Virus record (IMG/VR): IMGVR_UViG_3300044680_000280 | Coordinates: 62,001-126,000 of that record | Length of the DNA stretch: 64,000 bases | Reading direction: 5' to 3' (one strand) | In this document: piece by piece, positions 38,471 to 47,235 of the stretch | Position numbering within the stretch: the stretch's first letter is position 1 | Layout of the letters: every line of letters begins with the position of its first letter | The notes under the pieces: generated by a model | Databases searched by the model: none | What the model was told of the DNA's origin: nothing | Seen by the model: only the letters and a program-made list of their open reading frames with translations | Translations under genes and position numbers: made by a program

Positions 38471-39040
38471 TTACACCACATTGCCGAAGCCAACGCCGGA
38501 TGATGGATAGGGACCTCCCGCACCGACAATGGGACTGACGAGAGTGAGAGCCGTAAAGGTCGTACTGAGACCGATTCCGATAGCGGTTGCCATCTTAATC
38601 GACCCCGTATTGGTCATTCCGTTAGCGGCAAAAGCAGCAAGCAGAGGCGGAACGGCAGATGTTGACCCAAACCGAACGATAGCTGTACCGTCGCCCACCC
38701 CCGGATGAGCCGTAATGACAAGGGCCTGTAAGAATGCAAGAACAAGTCCGTTCGTTAGCCCTAGGATAAAATTTGGCGCCATGACCCCAAGTATCCCTTG
38801 GCCCACAAAAGACGTTGACAAGTTCGAAAGCAGAAGCGGATTCGGAACGACCAGGGGAATTTCACCAGTGCCGACGCCGATCGCACCAACGTCAGTCGTG
38901 AGGACCGGAAGGGCATGGATCCAAACGTCGACCCCCGTTGCAATGGCTGATGCGAGTTTGGGGACTCCCGTACCGAGCTGACCCGATGAGACCAGACCGG
39001 CTGCGATGATCCCCGTGGCGCCCGCTGGCGTAAGGGGCAT
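38471..39040 (-). CDS. Putative spike-tip protein (189 aa; three internal repeats, Gly/Ala-rich)
   Basis: Coupled (TAATG) to the spike gene; three ~60-aa pseudo-repeats. Function is inferred. Confidence 0.45.
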   Translation of the reverse strand: MPLTPAGATGIIAAGLVSSGQLGTGVPKLASAIATGVDVWIHALPVLTTDVGAIGVGTGEIPLVVPNPLLLSNLSTSFVGQGILGVMAPNFILGLTNGLVLAFLQALVITAHPGVGDGTAIVRFGSTSAVPPLLAAFAANGMTNTGSIKMATAIGIGLSTTFTALTLVSPIVGAGGPYPSSGVGFGNVV

Positions 39041-41238
39041 TAGAGCGACCTCACAACCGCACAGCCCTGCAAGGGCAGGCCCGTTATCCAGTCAATACTG
39101 GGAGTTGACGGCGGAAGCATGGGGGTTCCACGAGAGACCCCCAAAACTGCGGGGGCTCCCCCAAGAAGAATTTGGGGGGCGACGAGCGAGACCGAAACGG
39201 GAGAGGTCATCGTAATGGCGCCCGATGCCGTAAACGCCATGGTCGTGAGAGACGTCAAACTGACAGCGGCAGAGGCTGTCATTGAGATTCCGCCTGCCGC
39301 TACGGAAACGCTATAGGAACCGACCCCAACACTGACACTGAAAGCACCACCCGCATTATCCCAAGACGTTGACCCCGCTGCCGTCGTGTACGTCCTCGAT
39401 CCTGCAAGAACCGTATCCTCGAGATCGCCTGAAAGGATGGTATTTATTTCCCCGCCCGTCAGGATGTTCTTCATGACCTGCTTGGCATAGTTGTAAGTCG
39501 CGGTATCCGTGCATGTGACGCCGATACCACCGAAGTTACCTGTGTAGCCCGTCTGGGCGGACAAGGAAACCGCGTCCGCCATAACCGTGTAGCCGCCGTT
39601 CGACGTGTGGACAATGGCGCCGTACGCGTTCAGGATATGGTCACCGGAAACGACCTTGTTCTCGTTACCAGTAACCGTGGTGTCGAGAGCGATTCCGTTG
39701 CCTTCATTGTCGGCTGGGGAGCTTGTGAAACTTTGCTTGACGAGAGAACCGTATTCAATATCGATCGCCCGTCCGTTTGCGAGGTGACCGATTCGAGCTC
39801 GAATACCGCCCGCGAGATCGGCAATGACACTAGCACCGAAAACCGTATCCGCCCCAATGAATGCCTTCAAGGCTCCGTCAAGATTGGCTTCCATCGAGAC
39901 GTTCTTAGAGCCGCTCGGATACCGCTCAACTTTGCTACCTGGAATGTTGAGAAATACCTTGCCCTGCTTTGAAACCGATGCAACGAACTGGGAATCTGTA
40001 TCCTGTTGATTCGTTGGAGGAACAATACGAAGGAGAAACGCCCCCGCTGTCGTGTCGACCTCAATGTCTGGCTCAGTGGGAGAGCGTGGAACTTCATCGA
40101 GCTGAAACTTCCCGCGGTTCTTCCCTTCGGAAACAATATCGTCAAAGATGACCGGCTTGAGGATCTTCCCATACTGACGGAGCCCGCGACTCGAAAATGC
40201 ATCATTTCCGACGACGGTACCGTACGCTTGCTCAATGTATGACCGTCGACCATCGAAGGTGAACCCATCAATCTCGTCCCGAACCTCCTGGGAGCCGTCG
40301 GTCGTGTGAGAGAGCTCCATGCGGCTCTCCGTGTACATATCCCCGCCCGATGGGGCCTCGGGATTCGTCCCGACGATAGTACTCGGATAGAACGTCCGCT
40401 TGCCGTTCGAGTAGGTGACGGGTGGAAACTCTCCCGTTTGGTTGTTGAACAACCCGAGCATTTTACCCGTGGTGGTATTCGTGTACGTCCCCCCACCGAC
40501 CGTATTGGGTCCAGTTGCCTCGAGTTCCGCTTGCCCGTAGTAACTGTTTGCCGTGGTCTGAAGAGTGACCCCGTCCGACTGAAAAATGTCACTGGGGAGA
40601 AAGAGTGCGCCGCGTCGAACAGGGCCTGAAAGCTCGTATACGCCGCTGGTGCTAGCCACTCGATTGACCGACTGCATGACCATCGTGCGATCCGTGTCAC
40701 GAAGCTCAAAGAGGTCTCCAGCACGATTCGAGAAGGTCACGTTCTTATTTAGGGCGAATTCGGAACCGGCCGAGGACAGGCCACCCACGTCACCCGGTCG
40801 AAGTTTCAATCGACGGTAACGAACAGTGGGTCCAAAGAACGACGCGAGATTCGTGTCCGTCGGATCAATATCGTTCGGGTCGAGAGGAGACATCGGATCG
40901 AATCCGAGTCCAAGGTGCTGCCCCGTAGGGATGTACCCAAGAATGATGGCTTGGTAAATCTGCTTGTGCTTGCGTCGATAGCCGATCTGAACCAATGAAC
41001 CGACTTCGGGGACACCCCCGAAGAAGCTTCTTGGTCCCGCCATCGCTTGAGACAAGTCAACTTCGTACTGGTCACCACCGCCCGTGATGACCTTGACATC
41101 GGCTTTCATGTGGAGTTCATCCACACGTGTGATCAAGCCAATTTTCATGCCGTTCGGATCGCCCGTGTCTACGAACTTTGACTTCGGGTCCACCCCCATG
41201 TCGGGCGGCATGCGCATTCCTTCGGGTCGCTTAGGCAT
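39040..41238 (-). CDS. Baseplate central spike (gp5/gpV/VgrG-spike-like, 732 aa)
   Basis: N-terminal OB-fold pattern (IGLITRVD...VKV...GGVPEVGSLVQIGY) and C-terminal short beta-strand repeats; follows the hub gene. Confidence 0.75.
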   Translation of the reverse strand: MPKRPEGMRMPPDMGVDPKSKFVDTGDPNGMKIGLITRVDELHMKADVKVITGGGDQYEVDLSQAMAGPRSFFGGVPEVGSLVQIGYRRKHKQIYQAIILGYIPTGQHLGLGFDPMSPLDPNDIDPTDTNLASFFGPTVRYRRLKLRPGDVGGLSSAGSEFALNKNVTFSNRAGDLFELRDTDRTMVMQSVNRVASTSGVYELSGPVRRGALFLPSDIFQSDGVTLQTTANSYYGQAELEATGPNTVGGGTYTNTTTGKMLGLFNNQTGEFPPVTYSNGKRTFYPSTIVGTNPEAPSGGDMYTESRMELSHTTDGSQEVRDEIDGFTFDGRRSYIEQAYGTVVGNDAFSSRGLRQYGKILKPVIFDDIVSEGKNRGKFQLDEVPRSPTEPDIEVDTTAGAFLLRIVPPTNQQDTDSQFVASVSKQGKVFLNIPGSKVERYPSGSKNVSMEANLDGALKAFIGADTVFGASVIADLAGGIRARIGHLANGRAIDIEYGSLVKQSFTSSPADNEGNGIALDTTVTGNENKVVSGDHILNAYGAIVHTSNGGYTVMADAVSLSAQTGYTGNFGGIGVTCTDTATYNYAKQVMKNILTGGEINTILSGDLEDTVLAGSRTYTTAAGSTSWDNAGGAFSVSVGVGSYSVSVAAGGISMTASAAVSLTSLTTMAFTASGAITMTSPVSVSLVAPQILLGGAPAVLGVSRGTPMLPPSTPSIDWITGLPLQGCAVVRSL

Positions 41239-44200
41239 CAGCTACCCCCATTGAGCGCTGCGAGTTGAGATTGGTAATTGGCAAGATTTTTCTGTTGGGT
41301 TGCGAGTTGAGCATTCAGACTTGCTAGAGTGCTCGTCTTGTCCCCCACATAGAAAGAGGCTGACTGAGTCTTTTGAATTTGAGACTGTAGACTCGCTATC
41401 TGACTCTGAGCTGCCGATATGCTTGCCTGAAGAGCCGCTGCTTGGGCATTGGATTGAAGGTTCTGACCGAAAGCCTTGAAAGATTGGGCCAGGTTGGAGA
41501 TAGCAGTAGACCCTTGCTGGGCAATGGCTGTTGGGTCGCCAAGAGCCGCACGATTAGCCGAACCGTAGGGAGGAACGAGTTCGCCAGTTCCCCCACCCGT
41601 CTGCGCGTACGCTATATTCTGAGCAAGAGTCGAGCTACTATTTCCGTCCGACTCGGAAAGGGTGTTATTCGGGTAAGACGGCTCTCCACGGAGAACGGCT
41701 TCGTACTGTTGATGCACGGTATCGAGCGTATTGTACAAGGTGTACAGGAAGTTGTCGATCGTGTTCAAGACCTGTTGTGGATTGATCGGAGTGACGGTTG
41801 ATGCATCCACGACAGGAATGGCTTGATTCGATTGCGTCACACCAGAGAAGAGACTGGACGGATCGAGAGTCGAATCGTCGGTAGTTGCTGGATTCGGCAT
41901 CGAGAGCACTTTAAGCTGGTATCCGTTCGATAGGAACGTAAGGTCCGACCGCCCTAAAAGGCATGGGCATGTTTGGTCTGACTGAACGTCATTCGTTGTG
42001 GGCTCCATCTCCGCAAGCGTAAGTCCTTTCGACAAGAGACCCACCTCAACACTAGACGGGAGTCCTTGTTGTTGGGGAGATTGCAAAGGGGTGGACCCAA
42101 CGAAGTTGTCCTCCGTGTTCATGAAGGTGGGGGCAGAACCGTCGTTGTTAGTGGTTCCCGCGGTCTGCAAGTCCTCTGGCTCTAAGCGGGTCAACGCATC
42201 GGCGGGATTCGAGTAAGAGCTCGTGAGAGACGTGAGTCCTTGGGACTGTGCATTCAGGGCGGCAAAAAGGTTGCCGGTTAGGGCTGTTTGGGCGGACACG
42301 GTAGCTGGGGCATCAACGTTTCCAGTTTGCTGAATGAGTCGTCCATCGCGTAGGGCGACGCCCCTTCCGTAAGCGAAGGCCCCTACGACCTCGAACCCTC
42401 TCTCATCGCTGACCGGACGAATAAGGGCGGAAGCGCCCTTATTCGGAACGATATTCTGAACGTCTGTACCGGCAACTGTAAGGTTCGTGGACGGAAACAA
42501 GGTCAGCTCTTGAAGGTAACCAGGATTGGTTCCAGAGCTACCCGTGGGGGTCCCCCCAACGTCGTGAGCGTATAGGTAGGCGCCCGCCGAATTGAGGCCA
42601 TAATGGTACCTATTGCTGAGGTACTTATCTCGAAGTGTATCGTCGGCGTTAATGGCAGTTTCCTGCGTGAAGTACTGTTGAAGACTGGTCGCGGCACGAC
42701 TTTCAATTGTGGTGAGGCTCACACTCCTGTTCGTGAGAGGAGGGGCCTGCGTACTAGACCGCATACCGCCGACATTGAGAAGGTCATTCTGCGGGGCTGT
42801 AAAGGGACGTGAGAAGACCATAACCGCATTGGGGTAACCTACGATCTTCCCAGTCTTCGGATGACGAAGAATCATCGGATCGTATGGTGACGGCATCCCT
42901 TCAGCCGGGAATGTTGTCGGTGGGAACGTGGCGGCTTCCCCGACTGTGAGCTTGTAAGTAGCGTACCTAGAAAGCTGGGTCGTCGTGGGTTGAACCGTAC
43001 CGTTACTATTGCCGTTGCTTGTCGTTGTAGCCGGCACCCCTCCATTGAAGCCAGTTCTCTCCAACTTACCGATGCCCTTCGGAGCGATCCACTTCTTTCT
43101 ACGAGCGGTGAGTGTCAGAGTCGTTGTTGCCCGCCCGCCAAAGGCGATGTTGTGAGAGATGCCAGTGATGTACCAAATCTCATCCTTTGAAGCAATGTAA
43201 ACAGGGAATCCCATTCTGAGCTCGGAACGCATAGGAATCGTAACGGTCGCCCTATGGCGTCTGGCGTTCCAACGATCGAGAACGTCGAGCCCAACGTAGA
43301 ACATGTCGTTTGTATTTCCGAGAAACTCGGAATTGTATGTCTGGGACCGCCACCCGTACTGACGAAGTAAGTGATAGTCCGTGACGGACGTCATCGGAGT
43401 CAGCTCCTCACCCCCGATACCTAGATCGACATGACCGCTGTAATTACCCTGCATGAGTACTTGGGTAACAACTTCACTTTCAGAGCTCGAGAAGTCCCAG
43501 TCAATGACGTCAATGTCCTGAATCCACGATATGGGTTTGTTAGACAAAACATCGAGGTTGTAGAAGGGCGGCTTGAAAACGATGGACCCATCGACGTCCA
43601 TATAGAACTCGAAGCCAATGGCATCCTTGGCGGCGGTCGCAAGCTCTAGCTTCGTCTGGTACTCAGATGTCCAGAAGGGGACGTTGGCGTTGATGTTGCT
43701 CCTAAACGCTACAACGCTTGCACTAGTGGGGTCATACAACGCCCCGCCGCTATCCGAAGATCCGTTTGACAGACCTACCGTACGAGAGGCGAAGGCTTGT
43801 CCAATCTTGGCGTTCGCTTTTCGCATTGCCTGATAGAGAGTATCCCCGCGTACAGCAACTCCATTCAGACCGTAAAGCATCAGTGCAGAACGCATCTTCT
43901 GGAAACGCTGTTGCCAGTAAATCATGATGTCGTTCAGAGCTGCCGTGAACGTGTTCTTCTGTACCGACTCACGGTAGAAGCTCGTAAGGTTTCCCGTACC
44001 CACGATAACGTCACCAAAAGACTGCTGTGCCAGAGTCCAAATGACATCGTACGGGTTCATTCCGTAGAAGACGTTTCCGAACAAGCTCATTCCGAGAGAG
44101 CCCGGGTTGGGACTCGTCATGGCGGAGTTGGTCGACATTTTGGTCAATTCCCACCACTTGAGAATGTCAGCGCAGTGGACTGTGACCGTATTTTCCCCAC

Positions 44201-44579
44201 TGGAGTAGGAGTCGTTGACTTCGGTTACCAGTCCCCAAAATACCGGGTAGTATTGAGGAATTCCCTCAACGAGATAGTAACCTTTCGCATAGATCTCAAC
44301 CTCCATCATCTCCGTGATAATGGGTGTGTTGTCGAAGAAGAAGTCGTCGACCGCGTGCCTAGGAATCGACATCGTAAAGCTAGCCGAGCCGGGGACGCTA
44401 TCGACGGACAGGTCGATCTGGATGCTCGTGATGTACTTGTTGAAGGGGAACTTCTTTTTGCACGAAGGGCAACCGATAGCCTCCGAAGAGCCGTTGACAT
44501 AGACAACGGCATCCGGCGCCGTCACGATAGTCGGACGGATTCCAGAGACCCAAGTACCTTGAAACGGACTGCGAGGCAT
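41238..44579 (-). CDS. Baseplate hub protein (gp27/gpD-like, 1113 aa)
   Basis: VFWGLVTEV...VTVHCAD, FEFYMDVDGSIVFKPPFYN, QYGWR and ELRMGFPVY...YITGISH; position between initiators and spike. Confidence 0.75.
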   Translation of the reverse strand: MPRSPFQGTWVSGIRPTIVTAPDAVVYVNGSSEAIGCPSCKKKFPFNKYITSIQIDLSVDSVPGSASFTMSIPRHAVDDFFFDNTPIITEMMEVEIYAKGYYLVEGIPQYYPVFWGLVTEVNDSYSSGENTVTVHCADILKWWELTKMSTNSAMTSPNPGSLGMSLFGNVFYGMNPYDVIWTLAQQSFGDVIVGTGNLTSFYRESVQKNTFTAALNDIMIYWQQRFQKMRSALMLYGLNGVAVRGDTLYQAMRKANAKIGQAFASRTVGLSNGSSDSGGALYDPTSASVVAFRSNINANVPFWTSEYQTKLELATAAKDAIGFEFYMDVDGSIVFKPPFYNLDVLSNKPISWIQDIDVIDWDFSSSESEVVTQVLMQGNYSGHVDLGIGGEELTPMTSVTDYHLLRQYGWRSQTYNSEFLGNTNDMFYVGLDVLDRWNARRHRATVTIPMRSELRMGFPVYIASKDEIWYITGISHNIAFGGRATTTLTLTARRKKWIAPKGIGKLERTGFNGGVPATTTSNGNSNGTVQPTTTQLSRYATYKLTVGEAATFPPTTFPAEGMPSPYDPMILRHPKTGKIVGYPNAVMVFSRPFTAPQNDLLNVGGMRSSTQAPPLTNRSVSLTTIESRAATSLQQYFTQETAINADDTLRDKYLSNRYHYGLNSAGAYLYAHDVGGTPTGSSGTNPGYLQELTLFPSTNLTVAGTDVQNIVPNKGASALIRPVSDERGFEVVGAFAYGRGVALRDGRLIQQTGNVDAPATVSAQTALTGNLFAALNAQSQGLTSLTSSYSNPADALTRLEPEDLQTAGTTNNDGSAPTFMNTEDNFVGSTPLQSPQQQGLPSSVEVGLLSKGLTLAEMEPTTNDVQSDQTCPCLLGRSDLTFLSNGYQLKVLSMPNPATTDDSTLDPSSLFSGVTQSNQAIPVVDASTVTPINPQQVLNTIDNFLYTLYNTLDTVHQQYEAVLRGEPSYPNNTLSESDGNSSSTLAQNIAYAQTGGGTGELVPPYGSANRAALGDPTAIAQQGSTAISNLAQSFKAFGQNLQSNAQAAALQASISAAQSQIASLQSQIQKTQSASFYVGDKTSTLASLNAQLATQQKNLANYQSQLAALNGGS

Positions 44580-46456
44580 TATGAATTCCCATTATTCGAG
44601 GGGACGATGGTTCCAACTAGCACGTTTTGAGCAGCCTGACTCGCCGCCGTGGCCGCATCAGAGACGGATCCGCCGCTATTGATGGAGTTGTTGTAGGCGT
44701 CGTCCCAACTCTGTTGAGCCTGACTCGCTGGCGTGCCCAAGGAAGAGGTGGCCGACTGTGTGGTCGGAACCGTCGGAGGACTCTGGGTAGAAACTCCGCC
44801 TTGAGCCACGTCGAAGGTAAAGTTTGGGTCGGAGATCTGGTCGAGAAGGAAGGTAGCCCGAACCGTGAATGTGAACGAGTACTCGAGCGTGAAAGGAGCG
44901 GAATCCGTCTCCGTGATTGTGAATGTATCAAACGACCCGATGTAAATCGTGTGGTCATAGTAGATGTAAATCGAACCAACGACGGACATGACCTGCTTTC
45001 GTGAGTCCGTCGGTTCGATGTTGTCCGTGAGGTATAAGCCCCCGTTGTTTCGGTAGAGTTGGTATAGAGACAGGAAGTTCTGGTAGGACGCGGAGTACTG
45101 GCGGGCGGTTCTCGTGAGTCCTGGACCATTCGCATTGACCGAAGCGTCAATAGCTTGAAAGGCGGCCACTCTACCTGAAGCGTCGATCTTGTCTTGTTGT
45201 TCACCCCAATGCTCTACAACATCGGAGGGTCCGTAACGCGTCCAACCTCCATCGGAAATGACTTTTTCTGCCCCGACCTTGAAAGACGACGGATTGACGA
45301 TCATCCGAAGTGGTGGAGTGTTTGCCATATTCTTCAGCAAGAGCTGGGTTGCCGCGATCATCGCACTTTGCTGCTGAGTGTACTTGTTACCCGTAAACGT
45401 GTCGTTGCCGATGTTGTTGTTGATATTCGCCACGTTCGCCATGGTGCTCTGATTGGCAGCATCGGAACCCCCTCCCGTAGCCCATGCAGTAGCTGAACTC
45501 GTATTGACTTGAGTACTCGGACCCAAAGTGAGGGGAGGCGGAAGAATCGAAGTGCTCAGATTGGACACATCCCCAATGTTCGAAGCGATGGTGTTGACGT
45601 TGGGGAACCCGGCCACGTAGTGACTGACGGTGTCCGTGAAATACCCACCATTGTAAAGAGCCTGGCAATACCCTTGAACGTCCCCGTTGTTCGCAGCGTC
45701 AATAGCTGACTGACCTCCGCAACGATAAATCGCTCCAATATAGGCGGAAGCCCCCGCTTGAGCCGTCGAATAGGACATGTAGTACGAAACCGACCCATCC
45801 TGATTGACGAAAGAGAAGGTCTGGTTGTTGTTGATCGCGTTCTGTCCGCCCGTCGTGTTTGGATTGAAGTTGCCTATGTTTCCCGGATTGTAGTTAGGCC
45901 AGCCCCCGCTCGTCTCGCGAATGGACTGTCCTACGAACATGGCGACCGCTTGCGAGGTCGGGGGCTGACCGAATCGCTGCATGTAGGCGGCATTGAAAGC
46001 GGCGGCCATCTGTTGTTGGCTCAACTGAGTCACAATGGCTGGACCCTGATTGGAACCTGGCACTCCGTCGGTGGTCTGTCCGTTGTACCCGTACCCACCC
46101 TGTCCCGACGTGGAACCTGATTGAGCGCTCAGCGCGTTGGCTTGAGTGAGGACCGCTGGTGTGTCTGGTGTGGCCTGGGCAATCGAGTTCGAACGATCCA
46201 GAATCTTGCCCGAAACCTGAGAAGAGGGGGGTATGAGACCGACAACGAAGAGCTTTTTCTTCTGGTCGGGGTTGTTCATCGCGTCCGAGACGGGAATGAA
46301 CTGGTTGCCCGCTGAATCCGTCGGCAACTGAAGAGAATGGTGAAACGTCAGCAGGTTCTGATAGACGCTAGGCGAATAGTAGTCAGCGTCCTGCTCAATC
46401 TGCTGAAAGATGAGGGACTGAGAGGACGATGTGTTCGGATTGGAGCTCGATGGCAT
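44579..46456 (-). CDS. GH73/FlgJ-like muramidase fused to a tail-tube-initiator domain (625 aa)
   Basis: GQSIRETS, YxSY and ALxxGGYFTD..HY give a FlgJ-like pattern. C-terminal LRMIVNPSSF...EHWGE is similar to the adjacent 255-aa protein. Confidence 0.65.
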   Translation of the reverse strand: MPSSSNPNTSSSQSLIFQQIEQDADYYSPSVYQNLLTFHHSLQLPTDSAGNQFIPVSDAMNNPDQKKKLFVVGLIPPSSQVSGKILDRSNSIAQATPDTPAVLTQANALSAQSGSTSGQGGYGYNGQTTDGVPGSNQGPAIVTQLSQQQMAAAFNAAYMQRFGQPPTSQAVAMFVGQSIRETSGGWPNYNPGNIGNFNPNTTGGQNAINNNQTFSFVNQDGSVSYYMSYSTAQAGASAYIGAIYRCGGQSAIDAANNGDVQGYCQALYNGGYFTDTVSHYVAGFPNVNTIASNIGDVSNLSTSILPPPLTLGPSTQVNTSSATAWATGGGSDAANQSTMANVANINNNIGNDTFTGNKYTQQQSAMIAATQLLLKNMANTPPLRMIVNPSSFKVGAEKVISDGGWTRYGPSDVVEHWGEQQDKIDASGRVAAFQAIDASVNANGPGLTRTARQYSASYQNFLSLYQLYRNNGGLYLTDNIEPTDSRKQVMSVVGSIYIYYDHTIYIGSFDTFTITETDSAPFTLEYSFTFTVRATFLLDQISDPNFTFDVAQGGVSTQSPPTVPTTQSATSSLGTPASQAQQSWDDAYNNSINSGGSVSDAATAASQAAQNVLVGTIVPSNNGNS

Positions 46457-46457
46457 A

Positions 46458-47225
46458 TCAGATAATTCCTGTTACGCCGGGTGGAAGACCACTGTCCTGG
46501 TTACCAGTGAGACCGATATTGGACAAGGTGGACGTACCACTAGAATTGGCTTGATTTGCGGAAGCAGGTTGGGTATACGCGGTCCGAGTATTCTGGCTCG
46601 CAAATGTCGGAGCAAGGGTTTGTTGGGCGGCCGAATACGGAATCGCCAAAATGGTCTCCTGCACCTTGAAGGACCAGGACAATTTAAACATGAAAGGGGT
46701 GTCGTCCGTCTCCTCCGGATCGAACGTCTTAAAATACCCGAGGTAGATGCCCCTATCGTATTGAAGCATGATCCGACCTTGAAGAACGATGTTCCCAAAG
46801 GGATCGTACACGGACCCGTTATTTCGGTAGAGGTCGAAGAGGTCCCTGTATCGGTCCCATGCAATCGTTTGCTGCCGAACGACGCTCGCGGTCCCCGTGT
46901 AGAGATTGAGAAAAGCGCCCGTCACACCGTCCGCCGATATATCGGTCATCTCGTCGCCCCAGTGCTGCTCAACGAACCCGCCCCTAGTCTGAATAGGTTC
47001 AATCTTCTTTGTGAGAGTCTCAGAAAACGTTGAGGGATTGATATGCATAACAAGAGCGTGTGGAAGGAGAGCACGGCGCGTATCGAGCGGACTTGTAACC
47101 TGAAATGACATCGGAATGAACGAACGCCTGCTGTCAACACCATGAACGTATGCTGGCGTCTTTGTGGGCGCCGGCTCCCGCTTGAAGTTGTCGGGATTGG
47201 ACGGAGAATGGAGAGGTCCGGGCAC
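46458..47225 (-). CDS. Tail tube initiator/baseplate centrepiece (gp48/gp54-like, 255 aa)
   Basis: LVMHINPSTF...IQTRGGFVEQHWGDEM...YLGYFKTF...PFMFKLSWSF; directly follows the tape measure gene. Confidence 0.7.
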   Translation of the reverse strand: MPGPLHSPSNPDNFKREPAPTKTPAYVHGVDSRRSFIPMSFQVTSPLDTRRALLPHALVMHINPSTFSETLTKKIEPIQTRGGFVEQHWGDEMTDISADGVTGAFLNLYTGTASVVRQQTIAWDRYRDLFDLYRNNGSVYDPFGNIVLQGRIMLQYDRGIYLGYFKTFDPEETDDTPFMFKLSWSFKVQETILAIPYSAAQQTLAPTFASQNTRTAYTQPASANQANSSGTSTLSNIGLTGNQDSGLPPGVTGII

Positions 47226-47235
47226 TGGTCAACTC

